NCBI GenBank assembly: GCA_030141605.1
Contig: JAQGDQ010000241.1
Span: 248,001-312,000 of the forward strand
DNA: 64,000 bases
DNA from: Tubiluchus corallicola
Lineage: Eukaryota > Animalia > Priapulida
Direction of reading: 5' to 3'
This document shows, piece by piece, positions 1 through 64,000 of the stretch (the first letter of the stretch is position 1; the number at the start of each line of letters is the position of its first letter). Under the pieces are notes generated by a model. The model made no database searches. It was given only the letters and a program-made list of their open reading frames with translations, and was not told the DNA's origin. Position numbers and translations under genes: made by a program.

Positions 1-58
1 TTTCAAACATTTTAGCGGTGCGTATATTTGCTGCAAAATATTTGTTACAGTATACAGT

Positions 59-3000
59 ATGTCCGTACACCGGTTTAGAAGCTTCAGTCTTTCGGTTCTT
101 TTAATCAGTTTCACTCTTTTAAACCTAGTGCAAAATGTTTTATCTTGGGACACCGAATACATTCAACTGTTAGATTTAGTTGAAGAGCTGAAAGAAAATT
201 TTTACGATGTTCTTGGGGTAGAACACGTAAGTGTAATAGGACCCACTCAACATTTTTAGCCAAATATTTTATGTCGTTTTATAATAATTAATTTCTGTGA
301 TTTAGCATGTAAGATAAGTTTTTATTAATTCTTACTAGATTAGCAGAATCCAGCTAAATTCATAGATCCCATGTTAGCTCAACGAGAACAAAATGTTCTA
401 ATAGTACATTGATACCAATTGTGGTGGTGCAACAATACAAGTTGCAACCATTACTCAGTTACAACATTATTAGTACAAGTGCTATGACTTACGGATTAGG
501 TAAATCATGAATGAAAGTGAAACTGGACATTTTGCATCTGTATGGGTCATTAGCAACTGATAAAAGGATTTTAAGATTTTTTGGATTGCTAAACAATTAT
601 ACAATGTTATACTAGTAGTACTAGTACTATTAGTAATGTGACTATTTAAGGCCTCTATCATTTAGCTGAAAGCGTATTTAGAACACATTAAATTGTATTT
701 TTTCAGACTGCCACAACATCAGAAATACGTAAAGCGTATCGACGTTTGTCACTGAAATGGCATCCGGACAAAAATGATGCCGACAATGCTGAGGAAATGT
801 TTCTAAAAATAACGTCAGTTCACGAGGTGTTAAAGGATGCAGAGAAAAGATCACAGTAAGCAAAGTACTTAAAAAAGTCTCATAAGTACTGGCAATGTTC
901 TCTCTCTCTGTCTAATTAGTCAGATTATTTTTCAAACCAAAGTGGTAGTAGTAAAGATTTAATAGCCCCCTTAGATTGGCCTCTTAGTGCATTACATACA
1001 GTGAGAGATGGAGTGCCAGGAAGGCCAAGTGTCACCGAGTCACACAACCCAAATTCTGAAAATAATATAATGTGAGGTCATTATTCATTGCTCATTTATT
1101 TTCACTCCTTTTAACCCTTTTTTGCTTATTTTACACTTCTAATTATAAAGTGTAATATTGACAGTGGTAACTGTTGTTGTGTCAACTAATTACTGTTGTT
1201 TTCTGAGTGAATATATCTCACTTTATCTTTGTTGGGAGTTGTCACTTCAAAATCGACCATGAAGGATATAATCATTTCTTAGTAAAACAGTTGAACACAT
1301 TAAAATGGATTATTAGCAGAATTTTGTTGTTTTGAAGTAGCTTTTAATTGAGTATTATAATTTATGTTAAACTAACTGAGTTTAGTATTGTATATTGTAA
1401 GATATCCTTAATAATAAACTAGATTCTGGTTCTGCTACAGCCAAAACATTAGTGTTCCTTGCTGCTGAATTCGGGATTCCAGCTTACAGTATATCAGACT
1501 GTGGTAAAAAGCAAAGTGCGTAATGCAAAAGAAGTAGATCTATGGACTATGTTCATTACCCGAAAGGATATAATGAATGTAACCGCATGAAACTTCAAAC
1601 TTTTAATAAAAACTGAAATTTTGAATTTCCAACTGTTTTCTTTCTATTTCATAAATTTATTCAATTTAAATTGTTAGTTTGTTTAATTTGTAAAGCAAAA
1701 CTTTAAGTATCATGCTTGTTTCTTACTGATTTCTAGACATTCTTGTGTAGCAATATTTACAAGTGTCATGCCTCTGCATCACTGCTGTGCTTCAGAATTA
1801 ACTGTGCCTAGAAATTTTATGAATACAGACATAGTACATAAGCTGCTTCGAAAAGGCCTGCTTACCTAAATCTTCTATGAATACTGTGTAGACATATTGA
1901 AGCCTATAATCTTCATGTCTGATAGTAAATTGTTATTAAGATTTATATTATTATATTATTTAAATTACAGATATAATGACATACTAGTTAATGGTTTACC
2001 TAACTGGAGGCAACCCGTATATTATTATCGCAAAGTGCGCAAGCTAGGCTTAATGGAGATGTGTGGATTGCTTATTGTCATCATTACTGTTGGACAATAT
2101 GTGGTAGCATGGTCTGCATACTGGGAACGAAAATTTACATTAGTATGTTTTTAATACAGTAGACTCGCGGGTAATAGACTCAATCGCTCAATTGATTTAA
2201 AAATGCCTGGTACTGGCCGCTTCTATTCAAATATACATAAAAACTGTCGGTAATTTACTCAAATAACTCTGCATAATTGACTCAATATTTTTCCTTCATC
2301 TACTTAAAATAAGTAATAAGTAAAGCTTCACCCATTGATTGATAGGTTCAGTCGGTTAATTTGGTCAAAACACTTGTGTCCCAAAGTGAGTCTATTAAGC
2401 AGCACCTACTGTATTACTACAGTGGTTTCTAAAAATATTTCACAAGTGGAAAATTATTTTAGCTAAGAAAGATGTTATTTAGGCTTGCAATGCATTTTTA
2501 GCAAAGTAGTCTGTTCATCAACTTTGCTTTATTCAAAATGTGATGATATTATTTAAAATATGGCATGACGATGAGTGCTAGAGAGCAGTTGAAACATTCT
2601 TTTAAAAAATACAAAACAGTATCCCTTTATTTTGCTGTATTTGTACCAAATGGTATATTTTTTGCTACTAAGAATTTGCAGACTCTGTGATAAAATTTCA
2701 TTTCTTTTAAATGGTAAAAGTTAATTCATTCATTCCAACAAATGTATTATTGCTTACAGATTCTCGTGCATTTGGAAATTTTCACAAAGCATTCAAATTT
2801 TTGTCCCTCTATAAATTTCTGCTGGTTATATTGTTTTGACTGCTAGATCTTGTTTAATTATTAAATTATTAAATTTACGTGGCACAATTTACTCGGCAAA
2901 TCGAAAGCAATATTTCCATAAGCTTGCTATGAAGTGCACAAAAAATTTATAAGGCCAAGCTACTATTTGAAAGGCAAATTCTGGGAAAAAAGCAACAGAT

Positions 3001-6000
3001 TTATTTTTTCTAATTTAGTTTGGTTTTACTTGAATTAAAGTACAATTTTTTCATAAATGAAAAGTGGTGACAGAGTACTTATTGTGTGTATTTGTGTTGT
3101 TGCTGTTCTTTCAGCAAAATTTTAACTTGTTCGTCCTACAAGAAAGTTTTTTGCAGCAAGAAGTTTGGTTGGCACGGAAACAAAAGACGAGGAAGCAGAA
3201 GAATCAAGCTGAACTGAATCAAGCTATGGAAGAGGAGATGCAGCACATACTGAAACCATCTCTTACCAATCTTCTCATTGTTTCACTGGTATGTACATAG
3301 GTTTTCAATAGTGGCAGAACATCGGTTGTATTTGTAAGATCAATTAATCGAATGTAAATTCAATTCGATAATCGAGTATAATCGGTAGCAGCACATGAAA
3401 TCCATGTGTTTGTACTTATGAGAAACCTTCGCATCTTGCGTATAGGTGACATTGCGTATAGCCAGTACAATATTATTTGATTTTAGCTCACTGACGGACC
3501 ATTGACAGCTGCGATTTTTGTGGATTTTCCAAAAAATAATTTGAATGGGTAGTACAGTTCATTTACATCGGCAGCTGAAAAAATAATTGATTATCCAAAA
3601 TGAAAGCTCAATTTGATTTAATCAATTAAAACTATTAAATAGTCATACCACTAGTTCTAAAATATTCTTGAAGCACAGTGTGTATAAATTTGTGATATTT
3701 TAATCTTCAAAAGTTGTGATGTTGTTTAACTGCTTCAGCAAAGGCAATTTATAACTTTTACCAAAGTTGAAAAGTTGTTTTTGTTTTCTAAATTTATTTA
3801 AACTGTTGTTGTTCTATTCTGCCTTACATTTGCAGATACTGATTTAAAAAAAGTGATTTTGTAAGAAGTTTTTTCAAGCAGCAACATTTTATGCTGTGAT
3901 TGTTAGATAAATTGAACTGCACATTGACCAAAATTAAAATTAATTATGCTTACATACTCACAGTGCTGCTGGACAGTATCGTCAATAAAGAAAACTCCTC
4001 AGCTTTATCGAGACTGGAGGGAACGACAGAAACAACAAAACTTAGATGAAATGCTTGAAGAAGATGAATCTTTGCAACCAGGTAAAGCTGTTATATTACT
4101 GTTGCAGTTAACTAATAACATAAGCTGGTGAAGTTTTATGAAGAATCGTTTTTTATTTTTAGTTCATTTACTATAAAAAGGACCAGTATTACTTTTGTTA
4201 AATGTATAAGTAATGTGTACTATAATTCAGTTTATCAATGGCTGTTTTTGTCTGTAAAATTAAAAGCCCTCAAGTTTACATTGAAGATTTTGTACCAATG
4301 GCTTCTGTAGATTTGAAATCAATTGCTATGAAACAATGTAACAATGTGAGTTTGCTTGACTTATAGTGTAAAGCTAGGATGAGATCATAAACCTGCTTTG
4401 CTGTGTAACTAGAAGTCGCATTGTTCTCAGTTCAAATCCTGACTGGCTCACAATTTTTCCTTTTTGCTTCATTTTTTTTTGTTTTACTCATTTGAAATGT
4501 TTAAGCGAACAAGATTTTCGTCTGACAAGTTTGTTAGCGAGTTGTTTGTTACAAGTTATTTTCTTCTAGCTAAAGTTAAAAGCCCACGAGTGTACATTGA
4601 AGATTTTGTGCCAATGGCTTCTGTAGATTTGAAGCCAGTTGCTATGGAAGTGCAACAAAGCATTATAGTACAGCAACAAGAACTAATACAAAAGGTAGAC
4701 ATTATTAAATAAATTCTATGTTTGGTAACTAATAAAACAAATATGAATAGTTACATTTGATAAGTTTTGTTAAATTTACAATAGCTTTTTTGTAAAAGCT
4801 TAAATATTGGTTCCTTTTTGAACTGTTGGTAGCCATTCAAATTACAGATTTTTCTTAAGAAATCCAGTGAACTTAAATCAGATGCTGGTTAGTGGGCCTT
4901 TTTCATGTATATTTATTTTGCATATTAAATAAAGTTAAATTTTGTATCAAATAGGTGCATAAGAAAAAAAACACCAGTTAAATTTAAAATTTTATTGTTC
5001 ATGCACTACTAAGTAAACCTGTAATATGTGGTTTAAACTGTATAATGTAAGTCCTTTGTATGCTTTTTCATTCAGTGTAAACCATTGTTTTTCAGAAGTC
5101 TGAATGGACAGAAGCAGATTTAGCTGCATTGTGTAAGTTCATGGTGAAATATCCCGTTGGCACAGTTGATCGATGGGAGAAAATAGGTGTGGCCATGGAG
5201 CGGTCGGCGGATGATGTTACTAAGGTTGCAAAAAAACTGAAAAGCAGAGGTTACAATATAACGGTTACAACCTCCATGCAGGGTAAGGCTGATGTGACTA
5301 ATTGAGACAAGTTTACATTTACAAGTTGATGATTTGTTGATTTTTTTCATTGGGAATCAGGTTTTCTGAACGTTATGAGTTATGACCACTTTTGTGTTAT
5401 AACATTGTTATTTCATTTGTTTCTTGCCACAACAGCAACTGCATCAAAAGAGGAGTGAAACTGATGAAATGAAAATATTTTGCAAAAATGTATTTATTAG
5501 CACACGAAAAAATTCACGTTCTAGTCAGCTAGGGCCATAATTTCGACATGGATCCCCGAATCCATTCACGTTATGATTAGCGCCAATGCCCGGTTTTACT
5601 GAATATAAAAAAATTAAAGAAATGCTAGCACTGATCTGACTTTTTCACTCTTAGCCTTAGGCTAGCACGTACGCTGCCATATTGCGATTATGAGTTTATT
5701 TAGTTACTACCCAAGCGCCTTCGCGCACTGTGCTTTTCATTCAGAATTGCAAGTAAAAATCATAGGGTTCTGTGCTCATTGCCAATCCACCAAGAATGCT
5801 TACTCTAGGCAGAGGGTGTAAAGTTTGAGAAGGGCCGATTTGACAAGTTATCAGTAAAAGTTTTAGTGTTTTGCATAAAGAACTTCTAAAACATGGCATT
5901 ACCGAAATATGCAGGAAAAATAGTTTCTCTGCAGGGGAAACAGGGACTGAATCAGGAAATGTTAGGTCTCATTCTGAAAAAGATGCTAGTACTGATAGTT

Positions 6001-7104
6001 ATTAATTCTTATAATAAACCACTTTAAATTGAAATTCAATCTTTGCTGTTTCCATTATAGTACTTGAACTATTTAATTTAGATCTCGATTCTCTGGATTC
6101 TCATAAAGTGTCATGCCAAGAATCTGCTTAGATTCTGGCAAAACATAACGAAATTCTGGCCCTAATAGTGTTAGTGTTAGGCATGTTAGGGCTTTTGATA
6201 GCCTTACATTTGCTTTGTATAGGTATAACTGGGTCAGAAGCCTGTAAACTTATCAGTGACGATAAAATGGAGACATTCGGAGAAAACGTTCCAAACCAAA
6301 AAGAGAACCTCGATCTGCAGGTCACCGCTACGGAAAGTGCGAAAACTATTCGTCAGCGCAAGAATAAAATGCAAACAGAGAACTTGGAAAAAACTGTGCC
6401 AATAAGCGCTCAGAAAGCAATGGTTAATTTTGCCACTGAAAAAGTGATTGAACCTGTTGACATGTCTGAAGTAATTTGGAATCAGCAAGAGCAGAAACTA
6501 CTAGAAAAAGCTCTCGCTGACTATCCTAAGGGTACAGAGAGTAGGTGGCAGCACATATCCCAAGCAGTGCCCGGACGCTCGCAGGTTCGTATACTATTAA
6601 CTGTGTCATTTCTCTTTTCACTAAAAATAGAACACTAGTGTTGCTATTGTGCAAGTTGTTTCCATAGCAGGTGCCGCAGCAATAACTTAACAAAACCAAA
6701 ATACCAGAGTCTTACCTACAAAAATGCCCATATTTAGGAAAATATTTTAAGATAATAAGATAATATGTAGAAATATTTTGTAACATATACAAGCTTCAAG
6801 GCATTTTCTGACGGCAGCTACATGTCACAAAGTGCAATAAAATTACTTGCACAGTTTAAGTTATGAATAGAGTTATGAATAACACTAACTTGTTAAAATG
6901 TTACATTTGACCATTACTAATAATAACTGATAAGTCATTTAGTTATAAAGTATTATTTGCTTTTATCTAAAAAATCAGGTTGTAGCTGATGCTATGGTCT
7001 ATTGTTAATTAATAAATGTTTCCTTGATTTATTTTTAGGAGGAATGCATAGCGAGATACAAACACCTAGTAGAAATGGTTAAAAAGAAAAAGCAGGCTTC
7101 TTGA
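59..7104 (+). CDS. DNAJC1: DnaJ homolog subfamily C member 1 (ERdj1/MTJ1)-like, 9 coding exons, 492 aa
   Basis: Exons 59-226, 707-855, 1971-2142, 3157-3288, 3964-4081, 4570-4694, 5096-5282, 6223-6584, 7039-7104; all GT-AG and in phase (1479 nt). The hydrophobic signal is followed by WDTEYIQLLDLVEELKENFYDVLGV and the J-domain EIRKAYRRLSLKWHPDKN. Then come YNDILVNGLPNWRQPVYYYRKVRK (characteristic of DNAJC1), a TM segment, SANT1 (WTEADLAAL..KYPVGTVDRWEKI) and SANT2 (WNQQEQKLLEKALADYPKGTESRWQHISQAVPGRSQEECIARYK). Confidence 0.93.
2157..2411. mobile_element. Tc1/pogo(Tigger)-type MITE in DNAJC1 intron 3
   Basis: TA|CAGTAGACTCGCGGGTAATAGACTC ... GAGTCTATTAAGCAGCACCTACTG|TA: imperfect terminal inverted repeats with TA target duplication. 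Confidence 0.75.
3309..3653. mobile_element. hAT-like MITE in DNAJC1 intron 4
   Basis: Ends TAGTGG...CCACTA, with subterminal AATCGA-like motifs. The 8-bp flanks GTTTTCAA / GTTCTAAA match 6/8. Confidence 0.5.
4256..4345 (+). pseudogene. Diverged tandem duplicate of DNAJC1 exon 6 (pseudo-exon or alternative exon)
   Basis: Translates as KIKSPQVYIEDFVPMASVDLKSIAM, versus exon 6 KVKSPRVYIEDFVPMASVDLKPVAM. The original acceptor AG is lost; the copy is followed by GTGAGT at 4346. Confidence 0.85.
4731..5030 (+). repeat. ~300-bp dispersed direct repeat, copy 1 (DNAJC1 intron 6)
   Basis: Co-linear and mostly identical to 8787-9084 (AATAAAACAAATAT...GCACTACTAAGTAAACCTGTAATATGT). Confidence 0.9.
5530..6164. 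mobile_element. hAT-like MITE in DNAJC1 intron 7
   Basis: TIRs TAGGGCCATAATTTCG ... CGAAATTCTGGCCCTA (15/16 complementary). No clear target duplication. Confidence 0.6.
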
Positions 7105-8786
7105 CAACAGGCTTTTTCCATTTACAGCCTTTGTACATAACACACAGCATAATCCATTTATAAAGAGTTTCATGGAACTGTCAGGATGTGCTTGCCACAA
7201 CCGAGTCACACTATAGCTGATGTGAACTGTCTAAGTGAACCACACCCCTTATACTGCTTAACTCGTTTACTGCCTACAAAATGACCAAGAAATACCCCTA
7301 ACTGACTGTTAATACTATTGCTAAATGTGCCGGCTTTTAGCTGAGTACTGTATAACAAAAGATGCATGGGATTCTGTTACAACTGCTAGGATAAGAACTT
7401 CAGTGGAGCGATAACTTATGTGGCACACTTCTTCTTACAGAATAAGTTTGGCAATGAAATTTAAGATTAACCATTCAAAACTGATGACTAATGGGAAATT
7501 TGCAATATAAAAACTATAACCAAAACAGTGGTTAAAAGTTAAAAATTATTTTGTGCCATGGTAACTAATGCACATTCAAAAAATTATGGAAATAACTCTG
7601 TTATTTCTGGGATTACGCCATATTATCCATGCAATAAATTTCTGCATAAAAAACTTGCATGATTCCTTCATTTGTGACTTCTGATGGCTAAGAGAGATGG
7701 ATCAGAGAGAATATTTGCAAGCATAGCGCGAATGTGAAAATCTCTGTTATTTATGATCATTTAAACGCCTTTGCAGAGGATTTAGTTGGCTCTGAATGGG
7801 CAGAAAACACCACAAATACATTGTTTTAGAACTCTCGCTCATTGTATGTGGGAAGTACGATCACCGAGTGGCTAAATTGCCTTGTAAAAATAAAAAAAGC
7901 TCATAATATCAGAGCACACTGCAAGCAAGGTTTAAATACATTATTTAAGCCTAAGATTTGGTGGAACTTTGAAATTTATTCGTAATACCCAAGAGACTTG
8001 TTTTAACAAGCCTTGTTCTAAGTGGGTTATGCTGTACAAGGGTGTAAGGTGTGTTAGCATGAGGCGGTGCTATGGATATTTTATTATTATTGTTATTATG
8101 GAAGTTGTTACTATTTATGAATCATTTAAAATCCCTTAACCTGCTGGCTTATGTTATCTATTTAAATTTTTTATATCTAGCAAAAAATATTATGGTCAAG
8201 AAGTACACAGTTTTGGATCATGAAAGAGATCTCATAAGAAGCAAAAACTTGTAATATCAGAACTCGCTGGAAGCAGTCAAAACTTGTGTGTAAAAAAAGG
8301 CGAGGGAGATATTGGTGTCATCACTCATAAAAATATTATAAAAACTTCTGCTTTTTTGTTAGCAGAATTTTGCATTGGTTCTTTGTAAAATGGCAGCTAA
8401 ACTTTATGCCAGAGACTTCTAAGCTGAAAATAAACCTAGAAATATTCGAGACAACGGTCAACTTAGCTGGAATTTTTCTTTTTATCTGACCATTCCAATG
8501 TGTTCTACATTAATTGATGTGGTGAATGCTGTGAAGCATGATTATTTATATCTGAGGTTTGTCTATTTAAGTAATGCTGAACGGTTGGAATATTTGGCAA
8601 TCTCTGTTTTTTAGTAAATATATTTACACTTGCTACAAATAAGTCATAATGTAATGCTTTTTTATGCTTTCTGTGCTATGTATGCTTACTGTTTCTTTTT
8701 AAATTTTGTACACTTGATATGTAAGCCCCCTGGCTGCTGAGGTTTAACGTAAAAGCATTAGTTCTAATAATTCCCATGCCTAACAA

Positions 8787-9084
8787 AATAAAACAAATAT
8801 AAATAGTTACATTTGATAAGTTTTGTTAAATTTACAATAGCTTTTTTGTAAAAGCTTATATATTGGTTCCTGGTTGAACTGTTGGTAGCGATTCAAATTA
8901 CAGATTTTTGTTAGGAAATCCAGTAAACATAAATCAGATTCTCGATAGTGGGCCTTTTTCATGTATATTGATTATGCATGTTAAATAAAGTTAAATTTTG
9001 TATAAAGTAGGTGCATAAGAAAAAAACACCAGTTAAATTTAATATTTTATTTTTCATGCACTACTAAGTAAACCTGTAATATGT
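8787..9084 (+). repeat. ~300-bp dispersed direct repeat, copy 2 (intergenic, upstream of the integrin start)
   Basis: Co-linear with 4731-5030, with scattered substitutions. Confidence 0.9.
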
Positions 9085-9552
9085 AATATGTGTAAAACGG
9101 CAAAGTGCTCGTTAAAGAAGTTACATGGCTTTTAAGTTCTTTTGCTTCTCGAATATGTCAATCAAGTATAATGCTCTAGTAAAATCAAAAGGACAAAATT
9201 AGGATAATAACTGCTGGACATTCAAGCAATTAAAGCTGAATTAATTACGCTGCGTTAAAATCAATTACTTTTGAAACAGAATTAAGAAAAACGCTACCAC
9301 AACTGTGCAGTCATTGTGCAGCCTTGCAGTGCTGTTTGCATAATGGCTTTGAATATATTTTTTCCTGTATCATAATTGTGAATATTGCGAAAAGCGACTA
9401 CAGATGGCGAGAGGAGCATCAGCGGTTGCTGTCTGCTTTTTGCGCGAAAGATGCAGACACGTGTTTCTGTAACCAAGCAATTGGTACTGGCGGAGTTCTC
9501 TCAGCTTCCAAACAGTAGTAGCAAACTCAACAAGTGTGTTCAGCGAGGAAAA

Positions 9553-62968
<53,416 letters not shown>

Positions 62969-63254
62969 CGCTGAGTTAAATTAGCTCATCATTTTTGTAA
63001 CTATGTCCATTGTTGCGTGAAATCAGTTAACACGTTCGTCCATCCTGTATCACTCATGCATGCATAGAATTCTGCAAAGTTGTGAATTCCCACCTTGGTT
63101 TACATTGTTCCATTTAAATGTTCTGAGATAGTTTTTCGTCTATGGATTTGTTGTCACCGCCATCAGTTCTGTTATTCTAGTGATTCCATGTACTTGGGGA
63201 AGGTCATTCATTGAACCATTTGCTAGAGAAACTCATTCATCTTCTTCATTCATG

Positions 63255-63600
63255 TACCCACGCCGAGAGTGGTCATTCCATAGGTAAGCTGTTTAGTCGT
63301 GTCTGTTTGTGTGTCCATCTGTCCAGGCGATGTCTGGGCAAGAACTGGGAAACCGTTGATTTTTAGGTTAAAGACACAAGGTAAAAAAAATATCAAGTAG
63401 TCAAAACGGAATGAAGTTATAATCCCAAACTTGGCATAGGGATAGGTCTACCAATGACCTGGAAACTGGCTGCTTCTTGGTTCTATAGTTCCAAAATCAA
63501 AGTCTTAAGTCGTAAGATCGAAAGCGTCAGAATAATTAGTTTTTGGGCTTCTCCCCTAGTTTATCTGCATTCAGAAAGGGGGTGTTAGATATAGATATTT
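63255..63600 (+). mobile_element. HINE/DINE-like element downstream of the integrin stop codon
   Basis: GTCTGTTTGTGTGTCCATCTGTCC microsatellite, with blocks AAACCGTTGATTTT and AATGAAGTTATAATCCCAAACT shared with 35221-35600. Confidence 0.5.
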
Positions 63601-64000
63601 AATTAAAGCGTCCTTTTTTATATAAAATTGTGTTTTTCATGTCCAACAAATGTTCTGAAACATATGACCTTCCCTAATACATAACTGAAGAAATACTAAA
63701 TTGTTTGCAGAATTTTATGCATGCGAGTATTTTTGTCTTGATACAGGCTGTGATAATGAGCAAAACTGGCCTATTTTGCAATTGACGTGAGGCTGTTATG
63801 TGTAAAGTGAGAATCGGGCCATCTTTTCCTGTATTATATTTACATCTGTGATGTTTGTATGAGGTGAGGTAGTGCCACTGTAGTCTTCAATGATTTCGTC
63901 ACATGAAATCACGTGTTTATCGAGTTTCTAGTGTCTACAGATGGAAATAACAGCAGAAAGTATATGTAAGGCATGTAGTGTAAATAAGTGAAATGATAAG

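Overview
This is AT-rich animal (probably invertebrate) nuclear DNA with spliced genes, so most entries in the ORF track are exon fragments or noise. Two complete genes lie in tandem on the + strand, reconstructed by hand from GT-AG junctions with consistent phase. (1) DNAJC1/ERdj1-like: 9 coding exons, 59..7104, 492 aa (signal peptide, HPD J-domain, TM segment, two SANT domains). (2) Integrin alpha of the laminin-binding PS1/alpha3-6-7 class: 25 coding exons, 9553..62968, 1091 aa (FNL mature N-terminus, FG-GAP propeller without I-domain, RRKR furin site, TM, GFFKR), with a 31.3-kb first intron. The introns are full of hAT-, Tc1/pogo- and Harbinger-like MITEs, tRNA-derived SINEs, decayed LINE and piggyBac pieces, and micro/minisatellites. 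I found no convincing novel multi-gene system. The best leads concern cryptic splicing: a frame-preserving 69-nt candidate cassette exon next to the furin loop, a 15-nt candidate microexon, a duplicated DNAJC1 exon with its own donor, a 20-bp repeat that multiplies a 5' splice site, recursive-splice-like AG|GT sites, and a possible alternative integrin tail. The integrin also appears to have lost a conserved calf-1 disulfide.
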